Of a DNA stretch of 64,000 nt, positions 8,460-17,780 are shown piece after piece. The translations under genes were made by a program, and so were the position numbers. The notes under the pieces are model-generated. The model did no database searches. It saw nothing but the letters and a program-made list of their open reading frames with translations, and had not been told where the DNA came from. How positions within the stretch are numbered: position 1 is the first letter of the stretch; every line of letters starts with the position of its first letter. The stretch comes from Acidobacteriota bacterium. GTDB taxonomy: Bacteria; Acidobacteriota; UBA4820; DSQY01. Location of the stretch: the NCBI GenBank assembly GCA_049967655.1, contig JBMFSH010000007.1, positions 32,001 through 96,000 of the forward strand. The letters are read 5' to 3'.

Positions 8460-11213
8460 GTGAGCGCGGACTGGAAAGAGACGCTGAACCTGCCCAAGAC
8501 CCCCTTCCCGATGAAAGCCAACCTGACCCAACGGGAGCCGCTGCAACTGAAGACCTGGGAAGAGAAGGGGATCTACGGCCAGATTCTGGCGGCGCGCGAG
8601 GGGGCGCCCGTCTTCTCGTTCCACGACGGGCCGCCCTACGCCAACGGTCCCATCCACCTCGGCCACGCCTTGAACAAGGTCCTCAAAGACTTCGTCATCA
8701 AGTCCAAGACCATGGAGGGATTCAAGGTCACCTACCGCCCCGGCTGGGATTGCCACGGCCTTCCCATTGAGCTCCAGATCGAGAAGGAGAAGGGGCGGAA
8801 GGTCCGGGAGGAGGACGTCCACACCTTCCGCCGGCACTGCCGCGAGTACGCGGACAAGTTCATCGCGCTGCAGCGTGAGGATTTCATCCGCCTGGGAGTG
8901 TTCGGCGACTGGGGACACCCCTACAAGACCATGGACTACGCTTACGAGGCCGCCATCGCCAGGGCCTTCGCCGACTGTTTTCTCAAGGGCTACGCCTACA
9001 AGGGCATGAAGTCGGTGCAGTGGTGCATCCACTGCGAGACCGCGCTGGCCGAGGCCGAAGTGGAGTACCGCGACCACACCTCCCCCACCATCACGGTCAA
9101 GTTCGCCCTCGCCCCAGGCCAGGGCGCGAAGCTGCCCGAAGGGCTCCCGGAGGCGGAGACCTTCGCCGTCATCTGGACCACGACCCCGTGGACGCTGCCG
9201 GCCAACCTAGCGGTGGCCTTCCACCCCGATTTCACTTACGTGGGCGCGCGCTGCGGAGGGGAGAGCTACATCGTGGCCGAGGAGCTTCTGGAATCCTTCC
9301 TCAAGGAGACAGGTCTCACCGGAGAGGTGGTGGCCCGGTTCGAGGGTTCCCGAATGGAGGGGCTGCGGTTCCGCCACCCCTTCCTCGATCGGGACTCCCT
9401 GGGCATCCTAGCCACCTACGTCACGGCCGATACGGGCACGGGCTGCGTGCACACGGCGCCAGGCCACGGCCAGGAGGACTACCTCTCCGGCGTGCGTTAC
9501 AAGCTGCCCATCCTCTCGCCGGTGGATCCCCGCGGCCGATTCCAGGCTGGCGTGGAGCATTTCGCGGGCCAGAACGTCTTCGAGGCCAACCCCAACGTGG
9601 TGGCGCTCCTCCGGGAGAGGGGCGCCCTGCTGGCCGAGGGACGCATCAACCACGCCTACCCCCACTGCTGGCGGTGCAAGAACCCCCTCATCTTCAGGGC
9701 CACCAACCAGTGGTTCATCTCCATGGCCCACCAGGACCTGCGGGGCAGGGCGCTGAAGGCCATCGACGCGGTTCAGTGGGTGCCCGCCTGGGGGCGAAAC
9801 CGCATCCACGCGATGATGGAGGGAAGGCCCGACTGGTGCCTGAGCCGCCAGCGTCGGTGGGGCGTTCCCATCACGGTTCTCTTCTGCAGAAGCTGCGGCG
9901 AACCGGTGCGCGAGCCGGCCCTCTTCGACAACGTGGTGACGGCTTTCGCGGAGAGGGGCGCGGGCGTGTGGTGGGAGGGAGATCCCGCCAGGTTCCTGCC
10001 GGAGGGGTTCACCTGCCCCCGCTGCGGCGGGGCCGAGTTCAAGGGGGAGACCGACATCCTGGACGTCTGGTTCGATTCCGGCGTGAGCCACCGCGCCGTC
10101 CTGGGGCTGGAACCCGACATGCCCTGGCCCTCCGAAATCTACCTCGAGGGCAGCGACCAGCACCGGGGCTGGTTCCACACCTCCCTCCTGACGTCGCTCA
10201 TGCTCCAGGGCTCCCCTCCCTACCGCCAGGTCCTGACCCACGGCTTCGTGTTGGACGCGGAGGGGCGGGCCATGTCCAAGTCCCAGGGCAACGTCATCTC
10301 CCCGCAGGAGGCGGTGAAGAAAAGTGGCGCGGAGATCCTGCGGCTCTGGGTCTCCATGGTGGACTACCGCGACGACGTGCGCTTCTCCTGGGACCTGTTC
10401 CAGCGGATCGGCGAGGCCTACCTGAAGATCCGCAACACCATGCGCTACCTCCTGGGCAACCTGTACGACTTCAGGGCGCGGGACGCCGTGCCTCCGGAGC
10501 AGCTCCCCGAGCTGGACCGGTACGTCCTCTTGCTGCTGGACCGGCTCATCGAGCGTGTGACGAGAGCCTACCGCGAGTATGCCTTTCACGTGGTGTACCA
10601 CGAGCTGCTTCAGTTCTGCACCGTCACGCTCTCGGCCTTCTATCTCGACATCCTCAAGGACCGCCTCTACTGCAGCTCGCCCTCCGGCCCCGAGCGCCGG
10701 GCGGCGCAGACGGTGCTCTACAGACTGGCCGACGCCCTGGTGCGCCTCATGGCCCCCATTCTCTCCTTCACCGCCGAGGAGGTGTGGAGCAACCTCCCCG
10801 ACCGGGAATGTCCGTCGGTCCACATGGCGCTCTTCCCCAAGGCGGCCGCCCTCAAGGATGAGGGCGTCGAATCCCGCTGGGAGACCCTCCGCGCCCTCCG
10901 CGAAGCGGTCAACAAGGCCCTCGAAGAGGCCCGGCAGCGCGGCGAAATCGGGAAGTCGCTCGAAGCGCGCGTCCGCATCACGCCCGACGAAAAGAGCGAA
11001 GGGCTGCTGAGGGCTTACGAGGAGCAGCTCCCCGCCCTCCTGATCGTCTCGCAGGTGGAGATCACGGCGCAGGGAGAGAGCTTGGCGATTGAAATCCTGC
11101 CCGCCGAGGGGGAGAAGTGTACTCGATGCTGGACGGTCACGGTTGCCCCCGTGAGGCGGGACGGCGGACCCCTCTGCCCCCGCTGCGCCGCCGTGGTGGG
11201 CGGGCCGCGCTAG
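8460..11213 (+). CDS. ileS: Isoleucine--tRNA ligase (type 1)
   Basis: HDGPPYANGPIHLGH, GWDCHGLPIE, WTTTPWTLPAN, EGSDQHRGWF, AMSKS, C-terminal CTRCW..CPRC Zn finger. Confidence 0.98.
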   Translation: MSADWKETLNLPKTPFPMKANLTQREPLQLKTWEEKGIYGQILAAREGAPVFSFHDGPPYANGPIHLGHALNKVLKDFVIKSKTMEGFKVTYRPGWDCHGLPIELQIEKEKGRKVREEDVHTFRRHCREYADKFIALQREDFIRLGVFGDWGHPYKTMDYAYEAAIARAFADCFLKGYAYKGMKSVQWCIHCETALAEAEVEYRDHTSPTITVKFALAPGQGAKLPEGLPEAETFAVIWTTTPWTLPANLAVAFHPDFTYVGARCGGESYIVAEELLESFLKETGLTGEVVARFEGSRMEGLRFRHPFLDRDSLGILATYVTADTGTGCVHTAPGHGQEDYLSGVRYKLPILSPVDPRGRFQAGVEHFAGQNVFEANPNVVALLRERGALLAEGRINHAYPHCWRCKNPLIFRATNQWFISMAHQDLRGRALKAIDAVQWVPAWGRNRIHAMMEGRPDWCLSRQRRWGVPITVLFCRSCGEPVREPALFDNVVTAFAERGAGVWWEGDPARFLPEGFTCPRCGGAEFKGETDILDVWFDSGVSHRAVLGLEPDMPWPSEIYLEGSDQHRGWFHTSLLTSLMLQGSPPYRQVLTHGFVLDAEGRAMSKSQGNVISPQEAVKKSGAEILRLWVSMVDYRDDVRFSWDLFQRIGEAYLKIRNTMRYLLGNLYDFRARDAVPPEQLPELDRYVLLLLDRLIERVTRAYREYAFHVVYHELLQFCTVTLSAFYLDILKDRLYCSSPSGPERRAAQTVLYRLADALVRLMAPILSFTAEEVWSNLPDRECPSVHMALFPKAAALKDEGVESRWETLRALREAVNKALEEARQRGEIGKSLEARVRITPDEKSEGLLRAYEEQLPALLIVSQVEITAQGESLAIEILPAEGEKCTRCWTVTVAPVRRDGGPLCPRCAAVVGGPR

Positions 11214-11214
11214 G

Positions 11215-11718
11215 ATGAGAAAGGCTCCCTACCTCCTCATCGGCCTGATCGTCCTGGTCATCGATCAGATCACCAAGGCGATGGTGTTGAGCTCCATCCC
11301 CCTGGGGGGTGGGCGAGAGATCACGCCGTGGTTCTCCATCATCCATTGGCAGAACCCCGGCGGGCTGTTTGGCATGATGAACCAGCTCCCCTCGGTGGCG
11401 CGGGTGGGTATCTTCCTCCTCCTGCCCCTGTTGGGCATCGCCCTCCTGGGCTTTCTCTTCGCCAAGTCCCGTCGCCGGATCGAGTGGATCCTCCTCTCCG
11501 CCGTGCTGGGCGGGGCCCTCGGGAACATGGTGGACCGGTTCCGTTTCGGCTCCGTGGTGGACTTTCTGGACTTCCACCTGCCGGGGGGACCGGCCTGGCC
11601 CACCTTCAACGTGGCGGACGCCTTCCTCTCCACCGGCATTCTGTTGTACCTGGCCCTCGTCCTGCTGCGTCCAGAACCGGAGGAGGAGCGTGCACCCGAT
11701 CCTCTTCACCATCGGTAA
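11215..11718 (+). CDS. lspA: Lipoprotein signal peptidase II
   Basis: DQITK, NPGGLFG, GGALGNMVDR, VVDF, FNVAD; follows ileS. Confidence 0.95.
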   Translation: MRKAPYLLIGLIVLVIDQITKAMVLSSIPLGGGREITPWFSIIHWQNPGGLFGMMNQLPSVARVGIFLLLPLLGIALLGFLFAKSRRRIEWILLSAVLGGALGNMVDRFRFGSVVDFLDFHLPGGPAWPTFNVADAFLSTGILLYLALVLLRPEPEEERAPDPLHHR

Positions 11719-12466
11719 TTTCCCCGTCGGCACTTACGGGGTGCTCATGGCCCTCTCGGCCCTGGCGGCCCTGTCCCTGGCCAGGATCCTGGCCCCCAGA
11801 GCGGGCCTGGACGACGGCCAGATGGTGGACCTGTTCGTCTACTCCATCCTCGCGGCCTTCGTGGGGGCCAAGCTGGCCATGGTCATCGGGGACTTCCGAG
11901 AGTTTTCGGACCATCCGCTCCGGTTTCTGGTGGAGAGCCTCCGCTCCTTCGGGGCCTTCTACGGCGGATTCATCGCGGCCCTCGCGGTGGCCATCTTCTA
12001 CCTCAGGCGTCACCGCATCCCCTTCTGGCCGGCGGCCGACGTCACCGCCATCTGCCTGGCCCTCGGTCAGGGCATGGGCCGATGGGGCTGTTTCTTCGCG
12101 GGCTGCTGCTACGGAAAGCCCACCGATCTGCCCTGGGGCATGGTTTTCCCGGCTGTCCCCCTCTGCGCCGACGGCACCCGCATCCATCCCTGGCCCCTCT
12201 ACGAGAGCGCCGCCGATCTGGCGATCTTCGGGCTCCTGCTGTTCCTGTTCAAGAGGCGGCGATTCTCCGGTCAGGTCTTTCTCGTCTATGCGGCGCTCTA
12301 TGCCGTGGCCCGAGGGCTCCTGGAGTGCCTCAGGGGCGACGCCGTTCGCGGCCTCTACTTTGGCGGAGAGGTTTCCCTCTCCCAGATCGTGGCACTGTTC
12401 GTCTTCGTCGCGGCCGTGGGCACCTACCTCTGGCGACGACCCCGGACCGCGGGACCGGGAGCCTGA
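11690..12466 (+). CDS. lgt: Prolipoprotein diacylglyceryl transferase
   Basis: MHPILF..YG, FYGG, GRWGCFFAGCCYG, HP.PLYE, E.LRGD. Confidence 0.93.
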   Translation: MHPILFTIGNFPVGTYGVLMALSALAALSLARILAPRAGLDDGQMVDLFVYSILAAFVGAKLAMVIGDFREFSDHPLRFLVESLRSFGAFYGGFIAALAVAIFYLRRHRIPFWPAADVTAICLALGQGMGRWGCFFAGCCYGKPTDLPWGMVFPAVPLCADGTRIHPWPLYESAADLAIFGLLLFLFKRRRFSGQVFLVYAALYAVARGLLECLRGDAVRGLYFGGEVSLSQIVALFVFVAAVGTYLWRRPRTAGPGA

Positions 12467-12467
12467 C

Positions 12468-13412
12468 ATGCCTCGATTGGAGATCGTGTTGCCCGAAGGG
12501 GCCAGGCGGATCGACCACCTGCTGGCCACCCTCCTGGCCGAAAGGGGCCTGACCCGGTCGACCATCCACCGCCTCATGGGCGAGGGGCGGGTGCTCCTGA
12601 ACGGAATTGCCGTCAAGCCTTCGACCCCGGCGAGGAGCGGGCAGAAGGTGGTGGTGGAGCTCCCCGAGCCGGAACCGAGCGGCTTGGTGCCTATGGAGCA
12701 CCCGCTGACCGTCCTCTACGAGGATGAGGCCTGCGTCGCCGTGGAGAAACCAGCGGGGCTGGTGACCCACCCCGCCAAGGGACACGCCAACGACACGCTG
12801 GTGAACGTTCTCGTGGGAAAGGCCATGGGCATGGCCGCGGGCTTCGGCCCCGCGCGCCCGGGAATCCTGCACCGCCTGGATAAGGAGACCTCGGGAGTCC
12901 TCCTGCTGGCGAAGAACGATGCGGCGCACTCCGAGCTGGCCACCCAATTCAAAGACCGGCAGATCGAGAAGACTTACTGGGCCCTGGTCTGGGGCACCCT
13001 GGAGCGGGACCCCTCGGAGGTGGATGCGCCCATCGGAAGGGACCCCCGAAACCGAAAACGCATGGCCGTGGTGTCAGGCGGCCGCCCCTCCAGGACCACC
13101 TTCCGGACGCTGGAGGTGCTTCCCCACGTGAGCCTGGTGGAAGCCAGGCCCTTCACGGGGCGGACCCACCAGATCCGGGTGCACCTCGCCTCGCTCCGGC
13201 ACCCGGTGGTGGGCGACGCCCTCTACGGGGGGCACCCGGAAAACGGCTTGCCCTCCTCTCTCTTGCGGGCCCGCGTGCGGGCGGCGGGGAGGTTCTTTCT
13301 GCACGCGCGTTCTCTGACCTTCGTGAGCCCGGCGGCCGGGAGGGTGACGGTGACCTCTCCCCTCCCCGAGGAATTCGAGACGATCATCGAGGAGTTCCGG
13401 TGCCATGGATAA
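12468..13412 (+). CDS. rluD: RluA/RluD-family pseudouridine synthase with S4 domain
   Basis: RIDHLL S4 domain, KPAGLVTHP, HRLDKETSG, TGRTHQIRVH, GDALYG; likely start ATG 12468 inside the longer ORF-track frame. Confidence 0.93.
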   Translation: MPRLEIVLPEGARRIDHLLATLLAERGLTRSTIHRLMGEGRVLLNGIAVKPSTPARSGQKVVVELPEPEPSGLVPMEHPLTVLYEDEACVAVEKPAGLVTHPAKGHANDTLVNVLVGKAMGMAAGFGPARPGILHRLDKETSGVLLLAKNDAAHSELATQFKDRQIEKTYWALVWGTLERDPSEVDAPIGRDPRNRKRMAVVSGGRPSRTTFRTLEVLPHVSLVEARPFTGRTHQIRVHLASLRHPVVGDALYGGHPENGLPSSLLRARVRAAGRFFLHARSLTFVSPAAGRVTVTSPLPEEFETIIEEFRCHG

Positions 13413-14280
13413 GAAGATAGCCCTGATCGGATGCGGCAAGGCCGGACTGTCCCTGTCGCTCGCCCTGAAAGGGGCCGGCTGGGAGGTCGTGGGGTGCGCC
13501 TCTCGCACCTCCGCCTCGGCCCGTGCGGGAGCGGACTGGCTCGCTTGTCCCCTGCTGGCCTCCTTTGGAGAGATCCCTGCGGGGGCGGCTCTCATCCTGG
13601 GGATCCCCGAAGGGGCCCTGCCGGAGGTGGAGTCCAGCGTGGCCCGGCAGGACCCGAACCTGAAGGGCCGCGTGATCCTTCACCTCAGCGGAGCCCTCCC
13701 CGCGAGGGTCCTGGAGGCCTGCCGCCTTCGGGGCGCCAGCGTGGGGTCCATCCATCCGATCATGGCCCTGCCCGATCCGCTCACGGGGGCCAAGCGCCTA
13801 AAGGACGCCACCTTCGCCATCGAGGGTCGTCCCGCGGCCCTGGAGGTCATGAGGGCCATCGCGCTGGCTCTCTCGGGGCGCTATTTCATCCTCTCTCCCA
13901 GGGGCAAGACGCTCTACCACGCCGCCGCCGTGGTGGCCTCCAACCACCTGGTGGCGCTCCTGGCCGACAGTCAGGAGCTGCTCGGCAGGGCCGGCGCCGA
14001 CGCCACCGTGGCCTGGCCGGCCTTCCAGGCGCTCGTGGAAGGGACCGTGAAGAACTTCTACTCGGGCGGGCCAGTCTCTTCTCTGACGGGCCCCGTGGAA
14101 CGCGGCGACCTCAAAACGGTCAAGAAGCACCTGCAGGCACTCAAGCGCTGGCCGGAGGCACGGGAGCGCTACCGGTCCATGGCGTTGGGGGTCCTGGGGC
14201 TGGCCCGTCTGCGCCACCCCGAGCGGAGGGAGGCCCATGACGCCCTTGAAAAGCTCATCACCGGGTGGCACAGTAGCTAG
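13405..14280 (+). CDS. Rossmann-like/DUF2520 oxidoreductase (PanG-like)
   Basis: IGCGKAG, HLSGA, SIHP, YHAAAVVASNH, LTGPVERGD. Confidence 0.88.
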   Translation: MDKKIALIGCGKAGLSLSLALKGAGWEVVGCASRTSASARAGADWLACPLLASFGEIPAGAALILGIPEGALPEVESSVARQDPNLKGRVILHLSGALPARVLEACRLRGASVGSIHPIMALPDPLTGAKRLKDATFAIEGRPAALEVMRAIALALSGRYFILSPRGKTLYHAAAVVASNHLVALLADSQELLGRAGADATVAWPAFQALVEGTVKNFYSGGPVSSLTGPVERGDLKTVKKHLQALKRWPEARERYRSMALGVLGLARLRHPERREAHDALEKLITGWHSS

Positions 14281-14294
14281 GCTGGGGGAAGAGG

Positions 14295-15428
14295 ATGGCC
14301 TTTTTCAACTATGCGACAATGCAGATGGCCGCCAAGGTGGTCTACTACGGCCCGGGCCTCTGCGGGAAGACCACCAACCTCCAGTACATCTACAACAAGA
14401 CGTCGCCCAAGTCGCGGGGCGAGATGGTCTCTCTGGAAACCGAGTCGGACCGCACTCTCTTTTTCGACCTTCTGCCCCTGGAGGTGGGGGTCATCGCCGG
14501 CTTTAAGACGCGATTCCAGCTCTACACCGTTCCCGGCCAGGTCTTCTACGGGGAGACTCGGCGGATGGTGCTCAAGGGTGTGGACGGCGTGGTCTTTGTG
14601 GCCGACTCCCAGCGCCCCATGCGGGAGGCCAACATCGAGAGTCTGAAGGACCTGGAGAAGAACCTCCAGGACATGGGGGTCAACCTCGCCGACGTTCCGC
14701 TGGTGCTTCAGTTCAACAAGCGGGACCTGCCCAACCTCCTCACCGTCGAGGAGTTGAACCGGGATCTCAACTGGTGCGACTGGAGCCATTTCAGCGCCGT
14801 CGCCGTCAACGGGATGGGGGTATTCGACACCCTCAAGGGTATCAGCCGTCTCACCCTTCACGCCCTCAAGGGTAAGTTGGCCCGCCCAGCCGAAGCCGCA
14901 GCCCAGCCGGCGGCGTCCCCAGCCCCTGCTGCCGCTCTGCCGAGTCGGCCCGCCGAGGCATCGCCGGTGATCGCCGCCCCGCCTCCACCGCCTCCGCCCT
15001 CCCCGGTGGAGGTGGAGTTCGCCACCCTGGTCACCTCGGCCAGCGACAAGGAGTTGGCCCGGCGCGCCCCCAAACTGAAGACGGTCACCACCACCAGCGT
15101 CCGCGTGGCTTCCGAGCTGGACAGGATCCGGGAGAGCCTGCTCGGTCCCATCCTCTCCGCCTCCCGCCCCAAGGTGAAGGACCTGACCCCGCAACTGGAC
15201 GACCTCCGCCGGCACTCTCTTCAGCACGCGCCGGCGGAGCCGGTCCTAGAGGTCCCACGCGAGGCCCTGCAGGGCCTGGATTCACTCGGCCTCCGGGTGA
15301 TCGTGAAGGACGCCGGGGGCCGCGAGGCCTTCGTGGACAATCTCGCCGTGGGGTCTGAAGAGCTCCAGCGCACGGGAGACGGTTGGATCGTGAGGATCAG
15401 GCTGGCTCCCAAGCAGGAGGAGCCGTAG
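14295..15428 (+). CDS. mglA: MglA-family small GTPase with Pro/Ala linker and C-terminal extension
   Basis: KVVYYGPGLCGKTTNL, DRTLFFD, LYTVPGQVFY, DGVVFVADSQ, NKRD; about 180 extra residues after the G domain. Confidence 0.9.
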   Translation: MAFFNYATMQMAAKVVYYGPGLCGKTTNLQYIYNKTSPKSRGEMVSLETESDRTLFFDLLPLEVGVIAGFKTRFQLYTVPGQVFYGETRRMVLKGVDGVVFVADSQRPMREANIESLKDLEKNLQDMGVNLADVPLVLQFNKRDLPNLLTVEELNRDLNWCDWSHFSAVAVNGMGVFDTLKGISRLTLHALKGKLARPAEAAAQPAASPAPAAALPSRPAEASPVIAAPPPPPPPSPVEVEFATLVTSASDKELARRAPKLKTVTTTSVRVASELDRIRESLLGPILSASRPKVKDLTPQLDDLRRHSLQHAPAEPVLEVPREALQGLDSLGLRVIVKDAGGREAFVDNLAVGSEELQRTGDGWIVRIRLAPKQEEP

Positions 15429-15439
15429 GGCCCTCGGCT

Positions 15440-15850
15440 TCAAAAGAGCTTGAAGCGTTTGCGCTTGCGCTCCTCCTCGAGGGCCAGCACCCGGCCCGAG
15501 AGCTCCTCCACCGCCTGCTTGAGCTTGAAATTCTCCTGCACGAGATTCTCGAAGACGTCGAGCAGGAGGTCCACGTCCCTGCGCAGCAACACGGGATCGC
15601 TCGTGGAGACGAGGGCCTCCTTGACCTCCTTCAGGGGCCGTCCCTGCTCGTGCACCAGGGAGTGAATGTGCTTGAGCTTCTCAATGTCGTCCTGCCGGAA
15701 CCGCCTGTGCCCGCCGGGGGTCTTGGGGACCTCCAGGTAGTGCTTGAACTCGCGTTCGTAGAAGCGGATGGTGCTCACCGGGAGGCCCGTGGCCTCGGCC
15801 ACGTACCCGATGCTGTAAGTCTTCGGCTCCACGGGTGCGGGAGAAGTCAT
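15440..15850 (-). CDS. MerR-type HTH protein with C-terminal coiled coil
   Basis: YSIGYVAEATGLPVSTIRFYEREF..GGHRRF; heptad-rich C-half; ends ERKRKRFKLF. Confidence 0.85.
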   Translation of the reverse strand: MTSPAPVEPKTYSIGYVAEATGLPVSTIRFYEREFKHYLEVPKTPGGHRRFRQDDIEKLKHIHSLVHEQGRPLKEVKEALVSTSDPVLLRRDVDLLLDVFENLVQENFKLKQAVEELSGRVLALEEERKRKRFKLF

Positions 15851-16104
15851 GGCGCCCTCGTCGCGGTTCCTCCGTCTCGACCATAGCAGATCGAAACCGG
15901 AGGATCAAACCTCGATGGGCCGGCGGCAAGGCCGGCGCGCCCGCGCGCTGGCCAGCGTGCAGGTTACCGGCCGCGTGGCCCAGCGGGCACGCCCCCAATG
16001 GGAGACCGCTTTCGCCCGCATCGGGTCGACATCTGCGCGGAGACGTTGCTGGGACGGGCTAGTGCCCCTACATTGTCATTGCGGGCGCGGCGAAAGGCGG
16101 AATC

Positions 16105-16122
16105 TGTCCTCGTTTGCGGACA
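16105..16122. promoter_or_regulatory. Palindromic candidate enhancer (UAS) for a sigma54 activator
   Basis: TGTCC-N8-GGACA, 85-100 bp upstream of a -24/-12 element. Confidence 0.4.
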
Positions 16123-16204
16123 ACTGGCCAGGTCCCCGGGCAAGGGATGCCGAGGCCGGAGGCGGGGGGCGCCCGTGCCGGAGATCGGGCAGTCGAGGTT
16201 GTGA

Positions 16205-16220
16205 TGGCATAGACCTTGCA
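16205..16220 (+). promoter_or_regulatory. sigma54 (-24/-12) promoter
   Basis: TGGCATAGACCTTGCA has the GG-N10-GC spacing with TGGCA and TTGCA halves; about 30 nt before ATG 16252. Confidence 0.7.
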
Positions 16221-16251
16221 ATTCGACAGGGGTCGAAAAGGAGGTGCTGGA

Positions 16252-16857
16252 ATGTTAAGACCCAAGCTTTGGTTTGCCGCGCTGGCCATGGGGCTGCTGG
16301 CCGTGGGCGCCCTGGCGGCCAAGGAGAACGTCAAGAAGCTCTCAGCCTACGGATACGTGGGGAGGCAGGGAGACGTCTCCCTCGTGGTGGACATGGACGT
16401 CGCCCGCTATCGCGGCGGAGAAAAATACATCCCCTTGCTCATCTGGCTGGGCAACGCCGAGAATAAGACCCTCCACGCCGAACGGGGCTCCTTCACGCTC
16501 GTGGACCCCAAGGGTGAATCCCATCCCCTGGCCACTCCCGAGGCCGTGACCCAGAATTACGGGCCGGGCCTCATTTCCAATGACTACTCCTACCTGCGCA
16601 CCATGCCCGACTATGCCAGGATGATCTATCTCTCCTGCCAGCCCATCCGCCACGTCGCCTTCTTCCCCAACCCCGCGGGGCGGCCGGGGGTGCTCTACGA
16701 TCACGTGGAGCTGCCCAACCACACCTTTTTCCATGCGCTGCTCTACTTCGCCAATCCGGCCGGCAAGGATCCCGGGAAGTACACGCTCATCTACGACGAC
16801 CCGGGGAGCAAGACCCACATCGGAATCCCCTTCACCATCCCCTGGTTCAAGAGCTAG
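16252..16857 (+). CDS. Hypothetical exported protein
   Basis: AAGGAGG RBS; signal peptide MLRPKLWFAALAMGLLAVGALA; host-like codon usage. Confidence 0.8.
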   Translation: MLRPKLWFAALAMGLLAVGALAAKENVKKLSAYGYVGRQGDVSLVVDMDVARYRGGEKYIPLLIWLGNAENKTLHAERGSFTLVDPKGESHPLATPEAVTQNYGPGLISNDYSYLRTMPDYARMIYLSCQPIRHVAFFPNPAGRPGVLYDHVELPNHTFFHALLYFANPAGKDPGKYTLIYDDPGSKTHIGIPFTIPWFKS

Positions 16858-16927
16858 AACCGGTATTCCGCCGCGCGGCACCGAGGGCCGGGACCACCCG
16901 GCCCTTTCCGTATCTCCGTGGACGATG

Positions 16928-16936
16928 TGCTATAAT
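16928..16936 (+). promoter_or_regulatory. Extended -10 promoter of the rsmI operon
   Basis: TGCTATAAT 28 nt before the rsmI ATG. Confidence 0.6.
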
Positions 16937-16964
16937 CCGCCCTCCCGAGGGGGGCGGTGCGCGC

Positions 16965-17780
16965 ATGGGTGCGTTGTACGTGGTGGCCACTCCAATCGGC
17001 AACATGGGTGACATCACCTTCCGGGCGGTGGAGGTCCTGAAAGAGGTGGACTGCATCCTCTGCGAGGACACCCGGGTGACGCGCAAGCTCATCCAGCGGT
17101 TCGGGATCCAGAAGCCGCTGCGCTCCCACTTTGCGGGCAACGAGGAGGGGAGGGCCGCGCAGGTGGTCCAGGAGCTCAGCGAGGGCAGAAGCATGGCCCT
17201 CGTCACGGACGCGGGAACCCCCTGCATCTCCGATCCGGGTTATCTGCTCGTGAGGGCCTGCCGTGCCGAAGGCATCCCGGTGATTACCATACCGGGCCCG
17301 TCGGCGTTGTCCGCGGGCCTGTCGGTATGCGGCTTGCCCACGAGCCGTGTCCTCTTCCTCGGCTTTCCTCCCAGGCGGAAGTCGGAGCGGCAACGGCTGT
17401 TGCAGTCACTGAGGACGGACCCCGCGACCCTCGTTTTTTACGAAGCCCCGCACCGCATCCGCGCGCTTCTGGAGGATGCCCTGGCGCTCCTCCCCGACCG
17501 GGAGTGCGTGGTCGAGCGGGAGCTCACCAAGCGGTTCGAGTCCGTAGCGGTGGTGACGGAGGCCGCCGCCGTCCCCGAGCGGGGCGAGCTCGTGGTGATC
17601 TTCGGCCCCCCGAGCGGGGCCGCGCCAAATGAAGAGATCTCGAAGGAGGACGTGGCCGATCACGTGGCGCGCCTCATCGCGGAGGGTGTGGAGGAGAGGG
17701 AGGCCCTGCGCCGGGTGGCCAGGGAGCGGAAGGTCTCTCGCCGTGAAGTCTACCGGATGGTGAAGGTGAAAGAACCGTGA
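16965..17780 (+). CDS. rsmI: 16S rRNA C1402 2'-O-methyltransferase
   Basis: LYVVATPIGNMGDIT.RA, CEDTR, DAGTPCISDPG, FYEAPHR, RELTKRFE. Confidence 0.96.
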   Translation: MGALYVVATPIGNMGDITFRAVEVLKEVDCILCEDTRVTRKLIQRFGIQKPLRSHFAGNEEGRAAQVVQELSEGRSMALVTDAGTPCISDPGYLLVRACRAEGIPVITIPGPSALSAGLSVCGLPTSRVLFLGFPPRRKSERQRLLQSLRTDPATLVFYEAPHRIRALLEDALALLPDRECVVERELTKRFESVAVVTEAAAVPERGELVVIFGPPSGAAPNEEISKEDVADHVARLIAEGVEEREALRRVARERKVSRREVYRMVKVKEP

